64,000 bases of DNA from Ylistrum balloti (lineage: Eukaryota), in contig NW_026782484.1 of assembly GCF_031769215.1 (NCBI RefSeq), positions 372,001 through 436,000 on the forward strand, written 5' to 3'. Every line of letters starts with the position of its first letter. The stretch's first letter is position 1. The notes below the pieces were generated by a model that saw only the letters and a program-made list of their open reading frames with translations, did not search any database and was not told the origin of the DNA. The position numbers were made by a program, and so were the translations under genes. Below are positions 11,766 through 24,007 of this stretch, in pieces.

Positions 11766-11948
11766 GAGTCGGAGATGAACAGAATCCTTACACTCAGCTG
11801 GTAAGTTTACATGGCTATGCCTCGATAAAGTCATGTGTTTGTGAACCATCAACTTAAGATTAGTGTTTTCTTTAACACAAACCACTTAGATTTTTATATG
11901 TATGCTATTGATATTAACTAGTGATAATTTTTATGTATTCCAGTCACT

Positions 11949-12899
11949 ATGAAGTCGTCATCTGTCGCCCTTATTGCGATTTGCCTCTGTCTCGGCGTGT
12001 CATGCGCCTTTGGAGCCGGATATGGTTCCGATTATCATGATTCCTACGGAAGCATTGGAGGTGGATACAACATGGGATATGGTTATGGAAGCGGATACGG
12101 AAGTGGTTACGGAAGTGGTTACGGAAGCGGATACGGACACTCCAAGGGATACGGAAAGGGATACGTCTCCACCGAGACCATCATTAGACAACCTTACCTC
12201 CAGCCAGTCGCTCCCCCACCACTACCACCACCCGACAATGACGAAGGTCTTTTTGGACTCGGCGGATCTGGACTTCTGTGTAAATAATTTAGCTGTTAAA
12301 CTATCTATTTTTGTCTTTGTCGTGTCATATTAATTACATTTCTTGATTTCCTTATATCTTTGTGATAGACCATTTATCCCTTTTTCGAGGTCTGCAACGG
12401 ATGTATTCACAGGAAGACCATTTGCCCATGTTCTGATATCTACTATGGATGTATTCATAGGAAGACCATTTGCCCACGTTCTGATATCCACTATTTTGTA
12501 TTCATAGGAAGACCATTTGCCCATCTTCTGATATCTACTATGGATGTATTCATAGGGAGACCATTTGCCCATCTTCTGATATCCACTATTTTGTATTCAT
12601 TGGTAAATCATTTGCCCATGTTCTGATATCTACTATGGATGTTTTTATTGGTAAATCATTTGCCCATGTTCTGATATCTACTATGGATGTTTTTATTGGT
12701 AGACCGTTTGTCCCAACTTCGACGTCCATTGTATATTGTTATACCACCTAAACGTTTTTTTTCTTCTACTATTGATACCATGCTATGTAACCCTGTATTT
12801 CATACATATAAGTCGATCACTTATTCTATGACCTATCTTTCATTTACAGTGCTCGGTCTGCCCCTCCTTCTCCTGTTGAGGAACTCCAACTCTGGTTAA
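11949..12899 (+). CDS. Secreted Gly/Tyr-rich protein, paralogue 3 (126 aa; join 11949-12279,12850-12899)
   Basis: Exon 1 ~11790-11800, exon 2 11944-12279 (variant donor GTAAAT), exon 3 12850-12937, exon 4 from 13770, ATTAAA at 13847. Frame intact. Confidence 0.87.
12400..12735. repeat. 47/48-bp minisatellite (~7 units) in intron 2 of paralogue 3
   Basis: GATGTATTCATAGGAAGACCATTTGCCCATGTTCTGATATCTACTATG repeated; single-copy at the homologous sites 1085-1130 and ~6630-6680. Confidence 0.9.
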
Positions 12900-14659
12900 A
12901 CTCCTGACTCTCCTTACTATAGAAGCAACTCTGTGATGTAAGTATATCTATCCCGATATAGGTTAATTTTACTTTGAATATAACATTATTTGATTGTTTA
13001 TTTACTGTAATATGACTTTAAAGTTGATTTAACAATGATAATTTTCTCTTGATATCTATTTCTGCTAAATAATCGTTTGCCCAAAACTCCGTTATCAAGT
13101 CCAAAAGGTCTACTACCATAAGTTTAAAGATATTAAAGAACGGCGGAAAATAGGTTAGAATAACACGGTTAAAGATTGAATATTGAAAAGGAGGACTGCA
13201 TACTTTGGCCGTTCCGTTGGCATGCATCTATGGATATTATTTTAGTATTTATCACTGAAGGCAAATTCATGGAATGAAAATTTTTATTATCATTAATATT
13301 ATTTCAGTTAGATGTGAAACACGTCAGTCAGCAATTACGATAATATGACCTAGTTTATCAGACATTTTTAGTTAAATTCTAGGATCTGGTACTTACCTAG
13401 CAGAATACATAATAACTGCAGTTTTCGCTCCAAAAAAGAAATTTGTCAGAAATTAAACAGTAATATTTTTATTTTGCACCCTCCTCTTCGAATTTAGTAA
13501 ACACAAATATTAATTTTTCGATATGATACTATATTCAGCTGACCTTAAAATGTTTTTCCTGTTACCAGTAATGTTATCACTAAGAGGCCCATGATGTCAC
13601 CTCGCCTTTAAATATACTTCCTGCCTTGTACAGTACAATACAGTGCTTATATCGAAAAAATAAACGTCTTCTTTTTCTGTGTTTGTGATTATTTTCCTAG
13701 AGTGTTCTGATCATCATCTTAGATTTTATTTTTCGATTATCTAAACTGTGTTTTTTCTTTCCTTTCCAGACATCGCGCAATATTGACAGTTGTTACCAGT
13801 TCGTCTGTGTGGATCTTATTTGTATGGTTGTACTATTGTTACGTTGATTAAAAAACAATTACGAAAACCAGTGTTTTATTTCTCATTTTACATTACAATG
13901 GCGATTCAACAATTACTCGGAAATGATATGTTATCAGTGGCTGTTATGACACAGTGACTAGTGACGTCAGTTTGATTGAGGAAACAGTTGATGGCTACCT
14001 GAAAAGACACATTGACTGAAGAGTGAAAAGACATATCGACTGATGAGTGAAGAGACACATCGACTGATGAGTGGAAAGACATATTGACTGATGAGTGAAA
14101 AGACGCATGGAATGAGGAGTGAAGAGACACATTGACTGATGAGTGAAAAGACACACTGTACAAAAATCAATGATAGCGGTACGCGACGAAACACTTTTAC
14201 GGACTAGTCTTTCTTAAAGTAATTTATAGTTAACGCAATAACAAACAATAAGAGGGACAAAGCCATAGCTTTAGTAATCAACTCATCTGGAATACAATTT
14301 TGTAATTTTCATTTCAATTACACTGATACGTGTCTTCCATATATTATCATAGCAAAAGCAAGTTCTTAATCAAGGAAGTAAAATTCAATAAAAGAAAGTA
14401 CACGGAGAAGTAGACCAGGTGTCCCGGAATGGAACTCTTTAAATCCCATTAATGTTAAACCAAAATGTGAACGAAAAAAAAGTTTTACACAATAGTGTAT
14501 GTACTTGAGTGATAGATAAAGATGTTGTGATACATTTCCCATTTTATAACAATCTCCTTGGGACTAATGTATGAGATGCTTGATAAATTTACTCCTGAAC
14601 CCTCAGTCATCTTTTGCCGTCTTTATCCGGCGAAAATAATCGTTACGAATTACGTAACA

Positions 14660-15260
14660 ATAACTATAGGATTTTCCTTTCAGACTATCTCTCATTAACT
14701 CTTCTTTTCTATTTTCTATTATTTACTGTTGGAATAACTTTAAAAATTCAGTTCCCAACCCTATATTAATTCGTTCAAATCCTGTTTAACATCAAATATT
14801 CAGTCAAGTCCACCAATTTACTATGAAATTGGAAATCACAAACAGAATATCCTTAATAATCTTAATTATAACCTTTTCAGAGTTAATAACATCGTTGAGA
14901 ATGCATCTTGCAATTATGGCCATGCTTGTGAGAATGTCTTTCACTATTTTATTGAATATCAACGTTTCACAAACGAAAGACGTATTTAAGTTCAAAATTT
15001 AAATAATGGGAACGTTGCGTTAGATATTGAATTTGTGGTGTTTGGCAACTCTCAACTTTCCGTGGACCTCAACTTTTAGATCTTTGCAAAATTATATTAA
15101 ATCCAGCAAGAGATTTTGATGTCAAATTGTAAGAACTGTATATTTGTTTTGTCAATATTGTTATGTCATTGACATCGTATATTGAGAGAAGGCGTTGATA
15201 AGTTGCAATCACTTGTGCCTAATTCTTTGTTTATATTTTGGCATTAAACATGTTTAAAAT
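14660..15260 (+). mobile_element. Degenerate 3' end of a CR1-like LINE (ORF2 C-terminus and 3'UTR)
   Basis: Translates as YEIGNHKQNILNNLNYNLFRVNNIVENASCNYGHACENVFHYFIEYQRFTNERRI and FGNSQLSVDLN...QNYIKSSKRF*, resembling invertebrate CR1 ORF2 C-termini recalled from memory; ends ATTAAACATGTTTAAA. Confidence 0.65.
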
Positions 15261-16639
15261 AATTAAAGTAAAATCTTTAGGACATACACATGTATTTACC
15301 AGTGTCTAATAAGTCACTCGATATGTAGATTATGTATAGATGTGATACAAACTGTGTCGGCTCAGTGGCTTAAATTTCATCGACCTAAACTTGTTATTAA
15401 ACATGATTCGATGTCAACAAGTCTGTGAATGTTACCGCGAGCCCGGAGTGATGGACATGGTGACAAGCTCTTTACTAGAAGGATTGACACGACATCTGTA
15501 ACAAGCCCCCAGCCATTAATTACGTTACGTCACCCGTTCTTTGGGTAAGGATTTGGGCTTCTTGTGGGTGCTTGTGCGATATAAAGTTTTGTACCATTTC
15601 CTAATACACTAAGATGTTCTTGTGATGAAATAATTAAACGAAGTAATTAAGATAATTATGCTAGAGTTTTTAATTTCTATTAGGAAACAAAATTGAGGAA
15701 AATCTTCCTTCTGTGAAATTCTTCATTTTAAACGCAATTTCATGACATGGTTTGAGTGAAAACTGACAATAAGTTACAAGAATAAAAAAAACGATCACAC
15801 GAAGAAAGTCTTTATGTAGAGAGATACATTTCCTGCCTAATTTTAATTAATAGATTGCTGATGTGCCTATTAAACAAGTTGTTTATCAATTGTACAAGAA
15901 ACAAAAGATATTACTGCTACATTAGACACCATTAAAACAAAGGAAGAAAAACTGTAAACCAATACACAGAATAGAATATGTTTGTGCCTTTAGGATAGTA
16001 ATGAAAAAACATTGCTACTTTAACTGTAGTAATTGCTTTATCAAATCTTAGTCTAGGACACCTGGTTTTATTCTCCTTGTACTTTTTCAGGAGTGTCCGT
16101 GTACATCTTTCTTTTGTTCATATTTTGCCCTAGTTTTATGGAATTTGGGTTTGAATTATGATTATGTTGCCATGTTGGTATTTTCTTGATGACTTTTAGA
16201 TGAAGTATACGTTTATCAGTTTGTGAAGTGTATCAGAGTGAAATGATAAAAACTTTAATCTTGAATAATGCAGGGAGATGATTACCATATATACTACCCA
16301 TCTTCGATAGGTAACAGTTAGTGTATTTCAAAAAAGTGTCAATACAGAAAAGTGTAACTCTAGTGATTTCTGTGTAAGAACAATGCAATATAGAAATGAA
16401 TTCAAGGACAGCTAGTGTATTTCAATCAAGTGTCAATACAGAAAAGGGTAACTTATTTAATGAGAGTATTATTACTTAAAGTAAAATTGTTTTGTTATTT
16501 ATATTGGTTATGTATTGTGAAGTATTATTCATCGGTGCTTTGTAATAAAGAAGTTTAAAATTAAAATTTGTGTGTGTTTAGTTTTCCATAATGTAAGATT
16601 AATTAGATATAGTTGATTCAATTTCTCGAAAGGGCTTCA

Positions 16640-16752
16640 ATCAAACGTTACGTGCCAATATGCCAAGGCTACTCTCTGAAGAAATTGGCTACTAAAAATC
16701 ACTCTTGGCTATTTTTTTGGCTACTGATAATTTTGGTTCAGGGTGAGCCCTG
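16640..16752 (-). mobile_element. Possible hAT-like transposon terminus
   Basis: Minus strand begins CAGGGCTCACCCTG followed by four TAGCC subterminal motifs; no second end found. Confidence 0.3.
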
Positions 16753-17104
16753 GTAACCGTTGGATCGATTTTCATAAAACCATATCTAGTCTTACACTCA
16801 GTCTGGGACACTGATATAAGCCCACGAACCTTAACAGCATTCAGTTTCCTCGACTTCAGCGAAACCGTAAGATTTGATGATAGTGTACAGTGACGTGTCT
16901 ACAGTGATATATCTGTTATAAATATATGGTTAGGATTTTTTATAAAGATTCCTTTTTTTGATATTGATATTTAATTTTCCTTGTCCTGGGTAATCTTCCC
17001 TACTGATGAATGTTGTTTTAAAAACAAGTTTTGTTGATATTTTAAATATTTGCTTACTACAGGGTATTTTATCGGTATTAATATCATGATATTGAGTAAG
17101 TGTT

Positions 17105-19088
17105 CTTGTATATCAATTATGGATTAATACACGTTATATAAATTCTCGTGTATATCAGGGATAGATAAATACACGTTATATAAATTCTCGTGTATATCAG
17201 GGATAGATAAATAAACATTATATAAATTCTCGTGTATATCAGGGATAGATTAATACACGTTATATAAATTCTCGTGAATATCAAGGATAGATAAATACAC
17301 ATTATATAAATTCTCGTGTATATCAGGGATAGATTAATACACGTTATATAAATTCTCATGTATATCAGGGATAGATTAATACACGTTATATAAATTCTCG
17401 TGTATATCAGGGATAGATTAATACACGTTATATAAATTCTCGTGTATATCAGGGATAGATAAATACACGTTATATAAATTCTCGTGTATATCAGGGATGG
17501 ATTAATAAACGTTATATAAATTCTCGCGTATATCAGGGATAGATAAATAAACATTATATAAATTCTCGTGTATATCAATTATGGATTAATACACGTTATA
17601 TAAATTCTCGTGTATATCAAGGATAGATTAATACACGTTATATAAATTCTCGTGTATATCAAGGATAGATTAATACACGTTATATAAATTCTCGTGTATA
17701 TCAGGGATAGATAAATACACGTTATATAAATTCTCGTGTATATCAGGGATAGATAAATAAACATTATATAAATTCTCGTGTATATCAGGGATAGATAAAT
17801 AAACATTATATAAATTCTCGTGTATATCAATTATGGATTAATACACGTTATATAAATTCTCGTGTATATCAGGGATAGATAAATAAACATTATATAAATT
17901 CTCGTGTATATCAGGGATAGATAAATAAACATTATATAAATTCTCGTGTATATCAATTATGGATTAATACACGTTATATAAATTCTCGTGTATATCAAGG
18001 ATAGATAAATACACATTATGTAAATTCTCGTGTATATCAGGGATAGATTAATACACGTTATATAAATTCTCGTGTATATCAGGGATAGATTAATACACGT
18101 TATATAAATTCTCGTGTATATCAAGGATAGATTAATACACGTTATATAAATTCTCGTGTATATCAGGGATGGATTAATACACGTTATATAAATTCTCGTG
18201 TATATCAGGGATGGATTAATAAACGTTATATAAATTCTCGTGTATATCAGGGATGGATTAAAACACGTTATATAAATTCTCGCGTATATTAGGGATAGAT
18301 AAATACACGTTATATAAATTCTCGTGTATATCAGGGATAGATAAATAAACATTATATAAATTCTCGTGTATATCAGGGATAGATAAATAAACATTATATA
18401 AATTCTCGTGTATATCAATTATGGATTAATACACGTTATATAAATTCTCGTGTATATCAGGGATAGATAAATAAACATTATATAAATTCTCGTGTATATC
18501 AGGGATAGATAAATAAACATTATATAAATTCTCGTGTATATCAATTATGGATTAATACACATTATATAAATTCTCGTGTATATCAAGGATAGATTAATAC
18601 ACGTTATATAAATTCTCGTGTATATCAGGGATAGATTAATACACGTTATATAAATTCTCGTGTATATCAAGGATAGATTAATACACGTTATATAAATTCT
18701 CGTGTATATCAGGGATAGATTAATACACGTTATATAAATTCTCGTGTATATCAGGGATAGATAAATACACGTTATATAAATTCTCGTGTATATCAGGGAT
18801 AGATTAATACACGTTATATAAATTCTCGTGTATATCAGGGATAGATTAATACACGTTATATAAATTCTCGTGTATATCAGGGATGGATTAATAAACGTTA
18901 TATAAATTCTCGTGTATATCAGGGATAGATAAATAAACATTATATAAATTCTCGTGTATATCAGGGATAGATAAATAAACATTATATAAATTCTCGTGTA
19001 TATCAATTATGGATTAATAAACGTTATATAAATTCTCGTGTATATCAGGGATGGATTAATAAACGTTATATAAATTCTCGCGTATATT
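17105..19088. repeat. 42-bp minisatellite, ~47 units
   Basis: TTAATACACGTTATATAAATTCTCGTGTATATCAGGGATAGA in tandem. Confidence 0.97.
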
Positions 19089-20219
19089 AGGTGTAACATT
19101 AGGTGTAATAGAGAAGAATAATGAATTATATTTACAAAACGTCATTACACAACATAAACAAACAAAACAATACAAACATGTGAACATAATCCAAATCCTA
19201 ACCCAATAAAACTAGGACGAAATATGAACAAAAAGATAATTCCTCTCAGAAAAAGCTGAAAACTACTGGTCATGTTTCAGATGTAAAAACAGAAGCTAAA
19301 ACCAAAAAACAATGAATTCTAAAATCATCTCATTCCTTAACCCGATATTTCTACTAGTTGTAAACTTACTGACATGTCACCTAGGATACAGTGTATTATT
19401 GCCACAATTTATTTGTTTTATCCTTAACCTAACATAAACCACTTTCTGCTGGAGTAATTCCTTTAACAACAGAGGAATCCCGCCATACTATCGGGGATCG
19501 AATCTTTCTAACTTCATATCACAAAAGGGAATAAAACATTCTCAATGAGATCACTATGGTAACTGTAAAACTTTCTTTTATCAACCTACATCCCTCGAAA
19601 CCCTGTGTTGTTGAATTTGCCAGCTGTCGACATTTCGCACGGAGGTCGTAATATTGGGAACAAGACTCTGTATGTCGAATCAACTGCAACAATCACTAAA
19701 CATCACTCAGTTTTACTCCAATCCTCAGCTCTTTATAAACAAGACTATTGCTAGTTAACTGGGCCCTGGTTTTATGTACAATTACATGTGGTATTGTAAG
19801 GAATCTGTCCAATCTGTTGACGGTTTATTGTAGAACATTGACCCTAGAACACGTTACAATAAGACTTCATCACCGCTCGTTACCGACGTTCACAACACCA
19901 GTATACCTGGGAGTGACATATCACTACAGACTGTAACTATATAACTTCCATACATCAATTTATAGGTCATTAGGATGTGAGGTAAACATGTTAAACCAAT
20001 CAAAATATCCAATCCGTACCTACATCAACGAGACACTTCTCGATGAAAATCGATATAACCGAGGGAAAACAGAGATACCTGAAAAAGTACAGGGAACATA
20101 CGATTATGAGTTCCCGAGATATTTAGTATATTTGTCAAACAAAATTTTTAGTGTATAGTGTGTTAAACGAAACATTCCGTGCATATAATCTAAAAAATCA
20201 ATATCTAGAATACATCACT

Positions 20220-20358
20220 NNNNNNNNNNNNNNNNNNNNNNNNNNNNNNNNNNNNNNNNNNNNNNNNNNNNNNNNNNNNNNNNNNNNNNNNNNNNNNNNN
20301 NNNNNNNNNNNNNNNNNNNNNNNNNNNNNNNNNNNNNNNNNNNNNNNNNNNNNNNNNN
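20220..20358. other. Assembly gap (139 N)
   Basis: Run of N. Confidence 1.
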
Positions 20359-20791
20359 GTTATTATATCTAAAATATTTAAGGCAAAAATAAAAACTGTT
20401 TTTTGGGGTTTTTTTTTTTGTTTTGTAAAACTTGGACCATTCTCACTTTACCCGTGGAAAAGAAATAAAAAACCAAACGACACAGTAAACAGATTTAGAA
20501 ATGAAGTATTCAATATTGTATCCATTATATTCCATTTCAAAAATTTGTCCTCAGTTACTGAAAGTGTCTCAGAAATAAGAAGAAAACTGAGTCTAAAAAC
20601 AAGATTTGTTCTGAATATAACAGCATGAACAATGTTCATGTGTCCTGTTTCATGGATTTCTCATCCTTGTAACATGTAACAGAGACTTGACCTAACACTA
20701 TTACAGTGGTATGATTGATATGTCTGCTAACTTTTACTTAACATGATTTAATGTCCGACACTCCGGGTACTCTGACACGCCTCTGGCCCTT

Positions 20792-20871
20792 CGTCACGTT
20801 ACCTACACATGGCACGTGGAAGGTTGCCGGGAAACAGGAAGTCACAGGACTGGTGGAAAGGGGCTATAAAA
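20792..20871 (+). promoter_or_regulatory. Promoter cassette of paralogue 4
   Basis: Motifs at 20792, 20813, 20833 and 20865; same spacing as copies 1-3 although the spacer sequence has diverged. Confidence 0.75.
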
Positions 20872-21185
20872 GGGACGGAGACCAACAGGATCCTCACACA
20901 AAGCTGGTAAGTCTCCATTGCTATACAGCAATAACTTACATGTTCTAGATGATGTTTGTAACTGGTCTTATTATTCCTTAACATTAATGTTACATATTGC
21001 TAACTTTGCAATATTTTCTTGTAATAATTACCTACAATAGATCTTTCCTTATGTTTTAGACATTTTGAAATGCAATGAAATTATGTGTTAAACTTTATAT
21101 GTAGTGTGAAGAGTGATTATAAATATTTTGTTTAATCCATATTCATACGTTCATCTGTTTGAAATTTCCGTTTTTTCCAGTCACC

Positions 21186-21848
21186 ATGAAGTCGTCATCT
21201 GTCGCCCTTATTGCGATATGCCTCTGTCTCGGTGTGTCATGCGCACTGGGAGCCGGATACGGATCCGGATATAACAGCTATGATTCCTACGGAGGCCACG
21301 GAGGCGGGTACAGCATGGGATATGGTTATGGAAGCGGATACGGAAGTGGTTACGGAAGCGGATACGGACACTCCAAGGGATACGGAAAGGGATACGTCTC
21401 CACCGAGACCATCATTAGACAACCTTACCTCCAGCCAGTCGCTCCCCCACCACTACCACCACCCGACAATGACGAAGGTCTTTTTGGACTCGGCGGATCT
21501 GGACTTCTGTGTACGTAACATTGCTTTGTCCATGGTCATGTTTTTGATATCTTATTCCAAAGGTCGATACCTCGCACTACATACAGATTATTTCCGATAA
21601 CTGAGAATTGCAGTATGTTGTATGAGACAGAATACATCCTGAAAACATACATAATGAGCCGCAATGATTCCGTTATTTAATTGAAATATGCTTAAATTAC
21701 ATATAATCCTATTATTTTGCATGCACCTTATTGTTTTTCTGTAATCGTTTGTCTCTACCTCTGCTGAATTATACTATAATATATCCTTTCATTTACAGTG
21801 CTCGGTCTGCCCCTCCTTCTTCTCTTGAGGAACTCCAACTCCGGTTAA
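21186..21848 (+). CDS. Secreted Gly/Tyr-rich protein, paralogue 4 (124 aa; join 21186-21510,21799-21848)
   Basis: Exon 1 ~20896-20906, exon 2 21181-21510 (donor GTACGT), exon 3 21799-21886, exon 4 from 22192, ATTAAA at 22269. Frame intact. Confidence 0.88.
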
Positions 21849-22366
21849 ACTCCTGACTCTCCTTACTATAGAAGCAACTCTGTGATGTAAGTATATCTAA
21901 CTCCACAAGAGTCAATTCTGCTTTGAATATGATTATCGTCGTTGTATGGCCGTCATAAGATTGTAAAGTCATTTTTACACAAGATCGTCTTCTCTTGATT
22001 AGGATTTCCAGCAAAAACAGTTATCCCTGCTTTCAAAATTCTAACTGTGCTTGTTACGTATAGTGTGTTCGTGCTACGCTTTTTTAAGTGTTAAACTAAA
22101 AGCGTGATTATTTTTTATATAGCAGTGTTCTTCAAATTATCGTATGTTTTCCATTCAAATTATCTAACCTGTGTTTTTCTTTCCTTTCCAGACATCGCGC
22201 AATATTGACAGTTGCTACCAGTTCGTCTGTGTGGATCTTATTTGTATGCTTGTACTATTGTTATGTTGATTAAAAAAAATAAGACAAAACTTAAGTTTTC
22301 ATTTTTTATTTTAAAGTTTGACGTTATATGACAGATAAGCAGATATATTAGTAACTTAGTGACGAT

Positions 22367-22533
22367 ACTCTTATACTGGAGAGACCAGTTTAGAGGAGAT
22401 TTACCAAAAGCTATATCGTCACGTGACCAAACAATTATACTGGAGAGACCAGTTTTAGAGGAGATTTACCAAAAGCTATATCGTCACGTGACCAGACTCT
22501 TATACTGGAGAGACCAGTTTTAGAAGAGATTTA
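22367..22533. repeat. ~64-bp tandem repeat, ~2.5 units
   Basis: TTATACTGGAGAGACCAGTTTAGAGGAGATTTACCAAAAGCTATATCGTCACGTGACCA starting at 22371, 22435 and 22500. Confidence 0.85.
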
Positions 22534-22848
22534 CTTTATTTTCACTTCGTCGTCAAAATTCCACTTGATCATTTCACTGACGAAATCAGTACGAAATAAT
22601 CGTTGTTTATTAATAAATACAGTAGCATTGTATACAACTGGTCATTTGTTCCAGAACTCGTCAGTGATTATAGAGATCAAACACAATCATAATAAATAAG
22701 TACAAATCTTAATCAGGAAAATGCCAAAGAGTCACACACTAGACCAGCCTACTAGTATATTATAGGCACTTAATCGAAGAAATCTTATCCGGTTACATAA
22801 TCAAACATACAGTGATGTGACGTGTATATTAAACATGTAGTATATATA

Positions 22849-23988
22849 CGAGGGCTGACTGATAAATTGTAAGCCTCATATTTAAAGGTTTGACTTTTGG
22901 CAGACATATTGGATTATTTTTCAATATAATTCCTTTCGGTATGTATACAATTTTGCCAGCGAAGTTTAAAGACTTCAATGCCACTTTAAAAGAAGTCTTT
23001 TTCTTGACCGTTCAGAGAGTCCTCCACTGCATGTATGACGTCATCATCTGGCCGAAAGTGGGTACCGGAAATGGCATTTTCTGATTTTGAAAATAGGAGA
23101 AAGTCTGATGGCGAATGCTCAATCAATCCAAAGCCGTAATTGTTATGGCAATGACAGACTTGTGAACAGGGACATTGTCCTGGTGGAACACATTTTTTGA
23201 GTTTTCAACGGCGCTTTATTTAAATATTTTCTCCTAACTGCCTAAGAAGTGATGCATACCGATTACCATCAGAATTCCAGAAAATCGAGGCAATAACTTT
23301 TCCAGCGAATTGAGCAGGCTTTGCCTTCTTTGATGGGGTGAATCAGGGCGCTTCCATTGTTTAGACTGTTATTTGGCCTCTGGGGTGAATGATGGAGCCA
23401 TGTTTCATCCATGGTCCGAAACCTCTGCATAAAGTGAGTAAGATCTGCCTCTAAAAGGTTCAGATTAGCACGTCAGATTCAGCCTGGGGTGCCTCTGATC
23501 AATTGTCAGAAGTCTTGGTACTCAATGGGCTGAGAGCTTTCTCATTCTTTGATCTATCGTAATAATGGAATGTACTCTTTCCAGTGAAATCTTGATTGCA
23601 ATAATATCGTGGACTTTATTGATCATGTCTGGGGTTGCAACAGTGACAGGACTTCCAGGACGAGCGTCATACGCAATGCTCTGTCTGCCACGCTTAAAAT
23701 TCCGCCACCTACCTTTTCACTGTAGCATATGACGGGGCATCATTCCCATGTGTTGCTAACAGATCAGTATGGATATCCTCAGGTGCTAGACATTTCTTAT
23801 GCAAATATTGAATCACTGCTCTTTCAGTAACTGGCCTTGTTTACTTTAGAGTGATACGTCTTCCTGAACTTACCAAATGACGCAAGTCTTCAGTACTCAG
23901 CCTTGAATAGTAAGGGAACAGTAGAGCTGAAAAAAGGTCATTCCTGTTTAACTTCTTCAATACAAGGCCCACTGCTTATCAGCCCGCG
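22849..23988 (-). mobile_element. Decayed mariner transposon with both TIRs and TA target duplications
   Basis: TA-CGAGGGCTGA(CTGA)TAA at 22847 and the inverted TA-CGCGGGCTGATAAG at 23990. Minus-strand remnants RAVIQYLHKK...APSYATVKR, KRGRQSI..DARPGSP, MRKLSAH*VPRLLT (WVPRLL motif) and FHQDNVPVH, broken by stops and frameshifts. Confidence 0.9.
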
Positions 23989-24007
23989 TATCGTCAGTTT
24001 CCTTTAC

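Larger units (their letters stand above)
90..14190 (+). repeat. Tandem segmental duplication, ~5.5-5.8 kb unit (two full units plus a truncated third)
   Basis: Upstream, intronic and downstream non-coding sequence aligns by eye between units. TATA boxes at 432, 5923 and 11759. The third unit stops aligning at ~14190. Confidence 0.9.

Noticed and set aside
19100-20219. Possible retroelement fragment before the gap
   Set aside because: No RT, integrase or endonuclease motif was recognisable in any frame.
21159-21185. N-terminal extension MKFPFFPVT in the ORF track for paralogue 4
   Set aside because: It starts at TTG inside intron 1 and covers the polypyrimidine tract and acceptor; the true ATG is at 21186.
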